From: Azolla caroliniana
Lineage: Eukaryota; Plantae; Polypodiophyta
Assembly: GCA_043228905.1 (NCBI GenBank)
Contig: JBHGNT010000002.1
Span: 11,470,001 to 11,534,000, forward strand
Direction: 5' to 3'
Length of the DNA stretch: 64,000 bases
The position numbers and the translations under genes are program-made. Of this stretch, positions 24,862-35,352 are shown piece by piece. Under the pieces are notes generated by a model that worked only from the letters and a program-made list of their open reading frames with translations, made no database searches and was not told the origin of the DNA. The first letter of the stretch is position 1; each line of letters opens with the position of its first letter.

Positions 24862-27493
24862 TGTAAAGAATCGATGGTTATTCTTGTGCAGCGGAATAGA
24901 CTAGAGATATGTGTTGTGAGTGTGTGTGTGTGTATGAGAGTGAGTGAGTGAGTGAGTGAGTGAGAAACACAAGATAGATAGATTTGAACAACAATAGAAT
25001 ACTCAAGACGATGTATATAACAAAGGAGATTAACCGAACTAATTACAAAGTAGGAGGAGAGTGCTTTATATAGTCACTCTCTCTCTTCATTAACTACCGA
25101 AGCTCCTGGGTCATGGGGAATGTGAAAACTCATTAGTTATGTGTCATAGAATATGATTCTATGACACATAGTTAATGTGTAGATAAGAGTGGTGACTTTT
25201 GACCTTTCAGTACACACTCTCAAGGGTGTGTTCACACACTAGACTAGGTTGAGCTTGATTCACAACACGCCCCCTCAAGCTCAACTTTGGTTGGCTACTT
25301 CGGTTGATGTCCGCTTCGGCTCGTATCCGGTTTTCGCTTGTACTCCCCCTCAAGCTTGGCAAGTCAGGGACCATCAATCCAAGGTCTAACAGGAATTGCC
25401 GAAGCTTGTCCGCTCCTAGGGATTTGGCGAAGATGTCGGTTGTCTGAAGATTCGTAGCACGATATGTTGAAGGTCGATATCGCCGGCCTGAACGCGCTCT
25501 CGAATGAAGTGATAGTGCACTTTGATATGCTTCGTGTGTGCGTGGAACACGGGGTTCTGAGCCAGATAAATACTGCTCATGTTGTCGCGGTAAAGGGGAA
25601 TTGGATCTTTGATGGGAACGCCCAGATCCTTCAATATCCTCTTAAGCCATACGGCTTCACATGCAGCCACCGTCGTGCCCCTGTATTCAGCCTTTGTGCT
25701 CAAAAGAGTGATGGTTGGTTGCTTCTTGCTACTCCAGGAGATGGCTCCATTTCCGAGGGAGAAGACGAAACCAGAGGTTGATCGTCGGTCGGCTTTGTAG
25801 CCTGCCCAATCAGCATAGCGTCTCGGCTTCTCAAATGTAATTGAGCATGTGGTCATGAACACATGTCGCCAAGCAATACATTACTCGACTCGCCGCTTGC
25901 TCCCATGTTGTATAGTCGGCGTCTTCCGGGTCGGGTCGGTTTTCTTGTGCTCCTTTGATGTAGCTCCAATATCCTTGACCGACAAGGTATTGATGCATCT
26001 TGTACTCCCAAGATGCGAAGTTGTTTCGGTCCAACTTCTCGCAAGGGAGAGCGCTCCTCATTTGAGTATTCATGGTGTTCGATGTAGATTTCTTCCTTCT
26101 TCTTCTCTCTTGAATACGAGCTATGTAGTTGCACTACGATAGCGATGAGCCGGTTCTTCTTGAACATTGGCGTAGAGCTCAACACACACGGATGGGCGAG
26201 ATCAAGCTACCAAACCACTATGATACCATGTAAAGAATCGATGGTGATTCTTGTGCAGCGGAATAGACTAGAGATATGTGTTGTGAGTGTGTGTGTATGA
26301 GAGAGAGATAGATAGATAGATAGATAGCTAGATAGATAGATTATATTATCGTCTTCGAAGGTCAAATATGACCTATGAGACCAAAAAATTACATTTCACG
26401 TGATACGTGTGAAAGTGAGTATTGACTCTCGATGTTCAAGAACTTTACCAATGAATGTTGCAATTGAGAGTGCACATTGTGGTTGTGAGAGGAATTCATG
26501 CAAAGATTGGGCTCGATCGAAGAGATGTGGAAAGCATGGTCGAATATGATCAAAGGCAGAGCATTGTATCAAAGTGTGATACTCAGACTCGCGAACTTGT
26601 TTAGGGCAAAGTGTGCATAGCCGACCACTCTCATCACTTGTACCCCAACACCTTGTTTCACATTGCAATGCATGTGAGCTAAGTCGCATGGAAGCAATGG
26701 TTCGAATGGAAGATAACGGTATGGGCTCTAACATGTATGGATGTGTACGATTTCCCCGTTCCACAAAGAATATGGTTTTGTAGTTAGGTGCAACATGTGT
26801 AGTATAATGTGTGAAGCGTGAGCCTCCACATTTGTCCCATGTCATGATACATTGGCGTTGCAAAAATGCCTCATTTACAGAGGAATCTAATGATGCATCA
26901 TGAAGCAAGTGTCTCGCATCCCATCTACCAAACTATTTTTCTATATCTTGCATCCAACCGGAACACAAAATTTTGCTTTTATGTGTCTTTTGGATCTTTT
27001 TGCTTGCTTCCCACGCAATTCTAGGAAGTCGATGTGAGGGACTTTTTTGAACCTTAAGCATGTATTCAACAACCCTTTCCATGGCCATGATCTCAATGGG
27101 AAGCGATCCCATCTCAAGGAGGAGGAGGGTGTAGGGCGTTTGTTTCTTAACTTGTAGAAACTTGGTAAGAAAATGCTTTTGGACATTTTCAAACACAAGA
27201 TAGATAGATTTGAACAACAATAGAATACTCAAGACGATGTATATAACAAAGGAGATTAACCGAACTAATTACAAAGTAGGAGGAGAGTGCTTTATATAGT
27301 CACTCTCTCTCTTCATTAACTACCGAAGCTCATGGGTCATGGGGAATGTGAAAACTCATTAGTTATGTGTCATAGAATATGATTCTATGACACATAGTTA
27401 ATGTGTAGATAAGAGTGGTGACTTTTGACCTTTGACTGCACACTCTCAAGGGTGTGTTCACACACTAGACTAGGTTGAGCTTGATTCTCAACA
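24862..27493 (-). mobile_element. Internally deleted non-autonomous copia with both LTRs (24862-25267; 26229-27493 including a LINE insert), TSD CGTGG
   Basis: TSD at 24857-24861 and 27494-27498. PBS rc TGATACCA 26221-26228. PPT 25268-25275. The 961-bp interior is the gag N-terminus (25831-26073) joined to RNase H (YADWAG..STSG, 25416-25820). Confidence 0.92.
26307..27190 (-). mobile_element. 5'-truncated LINE with (TATC)n tail, inserted in an LTR
   Basis: ORFs 26933-27190 and 26396-26908 (SMRLSSHAL.CET..RLCTLC..ESEYHTLIQC, LINE CCHC domain). Absent from the sister LTR. (GATA)n at 26307-26341. Confidence 0.85.
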
Positions 27494-28042
27494 CGTGGAA
27501 AACCCTAATCGGGAAAAACCACAAGAGCCCATGTGTTAAGAAAACGTGAAGAAGGCACTCGGGCTCTTCTTTTGTATGCGCGGCGGATCGTAGTGTGCTG
27601 GATCGTTAGCGTGCTCTAAACAGACAGAGAAAGGAAAGGGGGCTTACCTCTGTAGTAGCAAAATGGTTTTCTTCTATTACATGTAGAGCTCAACTTGCCC
27701 TCGTCAGTCTTCTGGTCTCTCACTCTCTCTCAGAGTTCTCTACTCTCTATTCTCTGTTTTTTCCTTACTACTTACTTCCTATTCACTCTCACTTACTTTT
27801 ACCTAAGTCATAAGTTATTACACATGCAGCTAATTAGCTGCCAGTAGCTAATTAGCTGTCAGTCGCTAAATAGCTGTTCACTAGCTAATTAGCTGTCACT
27901 AGCTAAATAGCTGTTTTACCTTTTTGTTCACTAGTAGCTAAATAGCTACTATAGCTTATTTCTCATAAGCATCACATACCATGTTGAGCTTGCTTCTCAA
28001 CACTCCCCCTCAAGCTCAACTTATTCTTGCTTGAGGTTCTCT

Positions 28043-29848
28043 TCAATCTTCTTTTCCATTTTGCTTTTTAGCCATCTCATCAATGTTTACAACTCCCATC
28101 ATGTTCCGAAACTGTGTATGTTTTTCCACACTCAATCCCTTCGTAAGGATATCAGCAACCTGCTGATTTGTATTCACATACACCAGATCAACTTCACCTT
28201 CCATCACTTTTTCTCTAACAAAGTGATAATGCACCTCAATGTGCTTTGTTCTTGCATGGAACACTGGGTTCTTTGCAAGCTGAATGCTGCTCATATTGTC
28301 ACACCAGATTGTGACAGCACCATCTATATATACTCCCAGATCAGCAAGCAGTCTTCTGATCCATACTTCTTCACATGTGGCTATTGCAGCCCCTCTATAC
28401 TCAGCTTCTGTACTGGACAATGCAACAGTAGCCTGTTTCTTGCTACTCCATGAAATTCCTGCACTTCCCAAGGTAAACATGTATCCACTTGTGGATCTCC
28501 TGTCTGTTTGGCTTCCAGCCCAATCAGCATCTGTATATCCTTCCAGATTTATGTCTAGATCAACCCTGTAAAATAGTCCAAAGTTCTGAGTTGCTTTTAC
28601 ATACCTCAGAATCCTTCTGATGCAGTCCAAATGTGGCTTTGTTGGCTGTTGCATAAACTGGCTGACTAATCCAACAGCATAGCTCAAATCAGGTCTTGTT
28701 ATAGTCAAATAAATAAGGCTGCCCACCATAGACCTGTACATGTTTACATCTTCTATCTTGGCTCCCAAATCAGCCCTCAACTTGCAGTTTTTATCAAGTG
28801 GTACAGCAATAGGTTTGCATCCAAGCATACCATACTTTTTCAACATAGTTGTTGCATACTGTTTTTGCAACATACATATACCACTTTCAGATCTGATGAT
28901 TTCAATACCAAGAAAATATCTCAGATCTCCCAAATCTTTCATATGAAACTGCATTTCCAGATTTTTTTTCAACTTTCTTATTTCATCCACGGAATCTCCT
29001 CCAATAATCAAATCATCTACATAAATCAGAATAATCACAATGCAATCATTTTCACTTTTTACATACAAAGAGGGATCAGCTTTTGACATTTTGAAACCAA
29101 GATTTTTCAGAGAATCTGAAAGTTCTCTGTGCCATGCTCTTGGTGCCTGTTTCAGTCCATAGAGAGCTTTTTTCAGCTTACATACATAATCAGGATGTTT
29201 CTTATCTTCAAAACCTGGTGGTTGACTCATATACACTTCTTCTTCCAAGTTACCATGTAAAAAAGCATTTTTTACATCCATGTGATGCAAAATCCATTTT
29301 CTGGCTGCTCCTACCGCAAGTAGTGTTCTCAAGGTTGCCATCTTTGCAACCGGTGCAAAAGTCTCATCATAATCAATCCCTTGCATCTGAGCATATCCTT
29401 TTGCAACCAATCTTGCTTTATGTCTACTTACATTCCCATTGGAGTCATGCTTTGTCTTGTAGACCCATTTGCAGCCTACCACATTTTTCTCTTTTGGTAA
29501 CTTCACTAAATCCCACGTTTTGTTCTCAGCCAATGCATCAATCTCTTCTTGCATTGCATCCATCCATTTCTTCTCAGATTTTGCTTCTTCAAAGCTGTTT
29601 GGGTCAGGGATCTGTACCACCTTAGACATATATGCATAGTGCATAGCCATATATGTATCATACCCAAATCTTTCCACAGTCTTTTTCTCTCTATCTGATC
29701 TTCTCAGTTTCTGATTTGCATTCTTTATTGCCTTTTCCATACCAGGGATTTTCATTTCCTGTATTCCAAGGAAATCATCCAAAGACATATCTGAATCTTC
29801 ATCTTCCATGTTTTTTGATAGGTCATCCGGGATTTCATACTCTGGCAT
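28043..29848 (-). CDS. Copia reverse transcriptase-RNase H (601 aa; frame is open upstream to ~30012)
   Basis: KARLVAKG, MDVKNAFLHG, LYGLKQAPRAW, IYVDDLII, DADWAG..RRSTSG, KHIEVHYHFVRE. Confidence 0.92.
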   Translation of the reverse strand: MPEYEIPDDLSKNMEDEDSDMSLDDFLGIQEMKIPGMEKAIKNANQKLRRSDREKKTVERFGYDTYMAMHYAYMSKVVQIPDPNSFEEAKSEKKWMDAMQEEIDALAENKTWDLVKLPKEKNVVGCKWVYKTKHDSNGNVSRHKARLVAKGYAQMQGIDYDETFAPVAKMATLRTLLAVGAARKWILHHMDVKNAFLHGNLEEEVYMSQPPGFEDKKHPDYVCKLKKALYGLKQAPRAWHRELSDSLKNLGFKMSKADPSLYVKSENDCIVIILIYVDDLIIGGDSVDEIRKLKKNLEMQFHMKDLGDLRYFLGIEIIRSESGICMLQKQYATTMLKKYGMLGCKPIAVPLDKNCKLRADLGAKIEDVNMYRSMVGSLIYLTITRPDLSYAVGLVSQFMQQPTKPHLDCIRRILRYVKATQNFGLFYRVDLDINLEGYTDADWAGSQTDRRSTSGYMFTLGSAGISWSSKKQATVALSSTEAEYRGAAIATCEEVWIRRLLADLGVYIDGAVTIWCDNMSSIQLAKNPVFHARTKHIEVHYHFVREKVMEGEVDLVYVNTNQQVADILTKGLSVEKHTQFRNMMGVVNIDEMAKKQNGKED

Positions 29849-30006
29849 TTTCTGTTTTCCTTTTTTGTCATCAGATTTTTTCTGTCCAGTTTTTCCACTC
29901 CATGAATTTGAATCAGATTTACCATCTGAGCTTTTTGATGGTCCAGAACATTCTGTTGATGTTGGACTTTGCTGTCCAACCTTGTCTCCATCTCTGTGAC
30001 AGTCTT

Positions 30007-32355
30007 CTACATTTTGTCTTCATTTTGACAGTCTTCATCAGTCTCTAGATTCTGTTTTGGGCTGTACCAACTAGCCAACTCATCAAATATCACATCTCGA
30101 CTTGTCACAATCTTTTTAGTCACAGGGTTATAACATCTGTACCCTTTTTGTTCTTCTGAATATCCAACAAAGATACATTTTTCTGCTTTTGGATCCAACT
30201 TACTTCTTACTTCTGCAGGCACATGTACATATGCAAGGCATCCAAACACTTTCAAGTGTTGTAAGCTAGGCTTCCTGCCATAAAAACACTCTTCAGGAGT
30301 TGCCTCATGTACTCCTGATGTAATACATCTATTTAAAATGTAATTTGCTGTATTTATAGCTTCTGCCCAATAGTATAATGGCATGTTCTTCTCAGTCATC
30401 ATTGCCCTTGCTATGTTCACCAAAGTTCTGTTTTTCCTCTCAGCAACTCCATTTTGCTGTGGAGTATATCGGCATGTGAACTGTCTTCTTATTCCCTTAT
30501 TACACAAAAAATCAGAAAATTCATTGGAGAAATACTCTCCTCCTCCATCAGATCTCAAACATTTTATCCTAGTACCAGCCTGCTTTTCTACCATGCATTT
30601 AAACTTACGAAAACAGTCAAATACTTCACTTTTCTCCTTCATGAAGTACACCCATGTCTTCCGTGAACAATCATCAATAAATGTAACATAAAATCTGCAT
30701 CCACCAATAGATGCATTCTTTGTTGGTCCCCATACATCTGTATGTACCAAATCCAACAGATTTTTGCTTACATGTCTCTCATGAGGGAATGGCAACCTAT
30801 TTTGCTTACCATATTGACATGCTTCACATACTTTTCCCATTTCACACTTTTTCAAGTTTGGCAGTCCAGCCACTGCATCTTTTCTCAACATATTCTTTAA
30901 TGTTTGCATACTTATATGGCCAATCCTTTTATGCCACATTTCCACATCTGAGATTACACTCGTTTCATTTGCAAACATGGCTGAAATCTGTTTGGGCATT
31001 TCTACATCCAAGATAAACATTCTTCCTTGTCTCTTCCCTTTTGCAATGAGCTTTCCATTCTTTTCTATATAGCATCCACTTTGCTTAAACTTTACTTGCA
31101 TACCTTGCTCTACAATCTGTCCAACAGAAATCAGATTCTTAGCAAAGTTTGGAACATGCATCACATTCAACATATACTTGGTTTTTCCTCTTTCTTCCCA
31201 CAATGGGATATCTCCAACATGTTTTATTTGGTGAGTTGTGTCATCACCTGTTTGTACATAACCAGGAACCTCTGGTTCTCTTAAACTCTCAAACCAATTT
31301 GCATGTCCAGTCATATGGTTAGATGCCCCCGAGTCTACATACCACGTAAACTCTTCATTACATTTCTGTGAGCTTTCAGCCACTGCTGCTATCTCATGTT
31401 GCACTACAAAAACACCTTCCTTTTCACAATCTTCACTAGTAGAGGCATAGTTACTCTGTTGTCCTTTTCCTCTTTTCTCATCATTTTGTTTCTTGTAACA
31501 TTCAGCCTGTGTATGGCCTGGTTTACCACAATACCAGCAGCCATCATCATTTACATAAGTTTGCTTACCTCTACTTCGGTTGCTCCCCCTGCCTCTGTTG
31601 TTGTTTCCTCCTCTATGAGCTTGTTGTCCTCTTCCTTGAAAGCCATTATTATTGGTTCTTCCTGAGCCAAATCTTCCATGGCCTCTTCCTCGGCCTCTTC
31701 CGGCATTATTATAGAGGGCTTGCCCCTCGTTCTCTGAGTTTCCTTTATTTGCATCATCCATCTGATTCCTTTCCTCTACCACAAGCATTGAGACCAGATC
31801 TGAAAAACTTGGGATACTATCCCTTGTGAGCATAGAAGTTTTAAAACTCTTGTATTGAGGTCCTAAGCCTCTTAAGCATATTTCCACTTTGTCATCATCT
31901 TCTGTCTTCACATTGATAGAAGCAAGTGATTCACATATACTCTTGATTTTTAGGGCATACTCATTTATTGACATCTTACCTTTTTCTAAGGTATTTAGCT
32001 CAGTCTTCAACTGTAGCTTTCTAGCTTTTGTGTTTACTGCAAACAGTTTTACCAAACTGTCCCAAGCTTCTTTTGGGAGCATAGCATCCTGTATGTGCCC
32101 AAGCATCGAATCTGAGATGCTAAGTGAGAGCCAATGCATTACCTTCCTTGCCCCTTGATTCCAATCTTTGAATGCTTTAATCTGTGCAGCTGTTGCATTC
32201 TCTTCTGGGATCTCTGGAGCCTCTTCTAGGTCTCCTTCAATGTAATCCCAGTATCCTTTCCCCATCAGAAAGTTTGTCATTCTGAATTTCCACGCCGGGA
32301 AATTGTTTTTATCTAATTTCTCTGTGACCATTTGGCCTACATTCTCTGCAGCCAT
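30007..32355 (-). CDS. Copia gag-protease-integrase polyprotein (ATG at 32355)
   Basis: CWYCGKPGHTQAEC knuckle, WYVDSGASNHM, WHKRIGH..CEAC, HTDVWGP, LRSDGGGEY, PQQNGVAERKNR, KCIFVGY..KGY. Confidence 0.92.
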   Translation of the reverse strand: MAAENVGQMVTEKLDKNNFPAWKFRMTNFLMGKGYWDYIEGDLEEAPEIPEENATAAQIKAFKDWNQGARKVMHWLSLSISDSMLGHIQDAMLPKEAWDSLVKLFAVNTKARKLQLKTELNTLEKGKMSINEYALKIKSICESLASINVKTEDDDKVEICLRGLGPQYKSFKTSMLTRDSIPSFSDLVSMLVVEERNQMDDANKGNSENEGQALYNNAGRGRGRGHGRFGSGRTNNNGFQGRGQQAHRGGNNNRGRGSNRSRGKQTYVNDDGCWYCGKPGHTQAECYKKQNDEKRGKGQQSNYASTSEDCEKEGVFVVQHEIAAVAESSQKCNEEFTWYVDSGASNHMTGHANWFESLREPEVPGYVQTGDDTTHQIKHVGDIPLWEERGKTKYMLNVMHVPNFAKNLISVGQIVEQGMQVKFKQSGCYIEKNGKLIAKGKRQGRMFILDVEMPKQISAMFANETSVISDVEMWHKRIGHISMQTLKNMLRKDAVAGLPNLKKCEMGKVCEACQYGKQNRLPFPHERHVSKNLLDLVHTDVWGPTKNASIGGCRFYVTFIDDCSRKTWVYFMKEKSEVFDCFRKFKCMVEKQAGTRIKCLRSDGGGEYFSNEFSDFLCNKGIRRQFTCRYTPQQNGVAERKNRTLVNIARAMMTEKNMPLYYWAEAINTANYILNRCITSGVHEATPEECFYGRKPSLQHLKVFGCLAYVHVPAEVRSKLDPKAEKCIFVGYSEEQKGYRCYNPVTKKIVTSRDVIFDELASWYSPKQNLETDEDCQNEDKM

Positions 32356-33084
32356 TTTTTTTTCTTCCAAAAAACCAGGGTTTTGCTTTAGTTACTTCAA
32401 CAAGTAACTTTCTGATTTCTGATCAGCAACCAGAGAAATAACTTTCTCAGATTAAGGCACTGCTATACTCTTCCTTACGAGCTACTCTGCTCTGATACCA
32501 TGTTAAGAAAACGTGAAGAAGGCACTCGGGCTCTTCTTTTGTATGCGCGGCGGATCGTAGTGTGCTGGATCGTTAGCGTGCTCTAAACAGACAGAGAAAG
32601 GAAAGGGGGCTTACCTCTGTAGTAGCAAAATGGTTTTCTTCTATTACATGTAGAGCTCAACTTGCTCTCGTCAGTCTTCTGGTCTCTCACTCTCTCTCAG
32701 AGTTCTCTACTCTCTATTCTCTGTTTTTTCCTTACTACTTACTTCCTATTCACTCTCACTTACTTTTACCTAAGTCATAAGTTATTACACATGCAGCTAA
32801 TTAGCTGCCAGTAGCTAATTAGCTGTCAGTCGCTAAATAGTTGTTCACTAGCTAATTAGCTGTCACTAGCTAAATAGCTGTTTTACCTTTTTGTTCACTA
32901 GTAGCTAAATAGCTACTATAGCTTATTTCTCATAAGCATCACATACCATGTTGAGCTTGCTTCTCAACACCATGGACTCCGAACTATCACTATATGAGAG
33001 GAAATACAAAGTGGAAACACAGAGGCAACGACCTCGTGCTCGCGATCTTTGCCAAATGGCGGTTACAACAGAAAGTGCTCGTAG

Positions 33085-33158
<74 letters not shown>

Positions 33159-34457
33159 TACAACAGTTATGCGCATACAACAATATGACAACAACACTTT
33201 CAAAGTGATTGCCCTAAGTCATATTTATACTTATATGAACTTAGGGCTATTTACAAATATAGCCTCAATAGGCTTACTCAAAACATATTTACAAATATGT
33301 CTTCTCTTCCAGTTCTCACTGAGTTCATCCGATCCAGTTTCCGGATCTCTTCCAGTTCACACCTGGTCCTCTTCAGTCATCATCGGATCCCATCTGGAGG
33401 GACTGATTTCCCAACAATCCCCCCCCCCCTTCACTATGGCATGGGATGTCTCGCCAGCCCGATCCGCTTTCGGCATGCGTCCAGCTTGTCGGTTGTCAAC
33501 ACCTTGGTCAGCATATCCAACCCGTTCTCCTCCATGTGGATCTTCCTCAGGACGAACTCTTGATCTTCTACTCTCCCGGATTCAGTGGTACCTCCGTTGG
33601 ATATGTTTCATCCGAGAATGGTAGGTCGCATTCTTTGCAAGGTGGATGGCACTTTGACTGTCGCAGTAGAGTTGGTATTCCTCCTATTGGATCCCTATCT
33701 CTCCGATGAAGTCCTTCATCCAGATTATCTCCTTGCCGGCTTCTACAACTGCCATGTACTCCGCCTCCGTGGTTGAAAACGCAACCGTCTTCTGCAGCCT
33801 CGACTGCCATGATACAGCTCCCCCTACATAAGTCATGACATATCCAGATGTAGACCGGTTGGTATCCGCATCAGCCGACATATCCAAATCCGTGAATCCG
33901 TCATGTTGGGGTTTACCGGAGCCGAACCGGAGGCACATACTCGAGGTGCCTTTCAAGTACTAGAGTATCCACTTGACCACGTTCTAGTGCTCTTTTCCAG
34001 GATTGCTCATGAACCGGCTCACCACTCCGACTGCATATCCAATATCCGGTCGGGTACATACCATCGCGTACATCAAGCTCCCGACGGCAAAAGCATATGG
34101 TATCTTTTCATCATATCCATCTTCTCTGCCTTTGTCCTCGGGCTTTACTTTCCGGATAGCTTGCAGTTTTCCGGAAGTGTCGATCCGACCGGTTTTGCCT
34201 CCGACATGTTGAACCATTGAAGCACCTTTGTCACGTACTTCTCCTATGACAACCACAACAACTTCTTTGACCGGTCCCAGATGATGTGCATTCCCGATAT
34301 CTGTCTTGCCAAAACAAGTCTTTCATTGAGAAGATCCGGTTCAAAGCCTTCTTTAGCATATGAATCATGCCTTGGTCTCGTCTGACGATCAACATATCAT
34401 CCACATATAGGAGTATCAAGAAATCTCCACCGTCAAATTTCTTCACAAATACGCAAT

Positions 34458-34958
34458 GATCGGCCTACGTCTTCTGGTACCCTTGGTCAGTCATGAAGGA
34501 GTCGAACTTCCGATACCATTGCCGGGGAGCTTGCTTCAATCCATATAAGCTCTTCTTTAGCCTACACACTAGGTGCTCCTTTCCTTTCTTCTCAAATCCT
34601 TCCGGTCGATGCATGTAGATCTCTTGATCGGCCTACGTCTTCTGGTACCCTTGGTCGGTCATGAAGGAGTCGAACTTCCGATACCATTGCCGGGGAGCTT
34701 GCTTCAACCCGTATAAGCTCTTCTTTAGCCTACACACTAGGTGCTCCTTCCCTTTCTTCTCAAATCCTTCCGGTCGATGCATGTAGATCTCTTGATCGGC
34801 CTACGTCTTCTGGTACCCTTGGTCGGTCATGAAGGAGTCGAACTTCCGATACCATTGCCGGGGAGCTTGCTTCAATCCGTATAAGCTCTTCTTTAGCCTA
34901 CACACTAGGTGCTCCTTCCCTTTCTTCTCAAATCCTTCCGGTCGATGCATGTAGATCC
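34458..34958 (-). repeat. 168-bp (56-codon) tandem triplication inside copia RT
   Basis: GATCGGCCTACGTCTTCTGGTACC at 34458, 34626 and 34794; copies nearly identical. Confidence 0.92.
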
Positions 34959-35005
34959 CTTCTTCGAGGTCGCCATGTAGGAATGTCATCTTGACGTCTA
35001 GTTGT

Positions 35006-35352
35006 TGTCATGATCACACTCACACCATGCATCGAAAGGATCATGACACTCACATTATGACTCGAAAGGATTTGAACCCACGACCTTGTTGTACACATGT
35101 CAAATCCTTAACCATTGTATTAATATTCTTATATGTATAGTCTCTAGAATATGAAATCTAATATCATAGGAATACTCTATATTACTCTACATTCTAGAAT
35201 GACCTAGAATATTCTAGAATGTTCTATACCACTAGAACCTTCTAGAATACTCTAGAGATCTTCTAGATTACTCTACATTCTAGGATAACCTAGAATATTC
35301 TAGAGTGTTCTCTATTACTTATAAATAGGGATCTACCACCCATCCCAAACCT
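35006..35352. mobile_element. LTR-like segment (TGTCA start, TTCTAGAA-rich, TATAAATA) carrying a tRNA-like A/B-box sequence
   Basis: Interrupts copia RT at QLDVK. Composition resembles 41414-41901. rc contains CAATGGTTAAG..GGTTCAAATCC. Confidence 0.55.

Larger units (their letters stand above)
27534..32969 (-). mobile_element. Full-length young Ty1/copia; 469-bp LTRs (27534-28002, 32501-32969), TSD CCATG
   Basis: TSD at 27529-27533 and 32970-32974. I see only 2 differences between the LTRs. PBS tRNA-iMet (rc ending 32500). PPT 28003-28010. Domain order gag-PR-IN-RT-RH. Confidence 0.97.
24721..35005 (-). mobile_element. Tork/TNT1-like copia 3' half: 3' LTR split in three (24721-24861, 27494-27533, 32970-33416), PPT, RNase H and RT to ~35005
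   Basis: Removing the two TSD-bounded inserts restores ..TTTACGTGGAAAACCCTAATCGGGAAAAACCACAAGAGCCCATGGACTCC.., matching 36188-37564. PPT 33417-33430. GGAVSWQSRLQ..STTEAEY (33684-33956); LLYVDDML (34231-34446). Confidence 0.85.
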
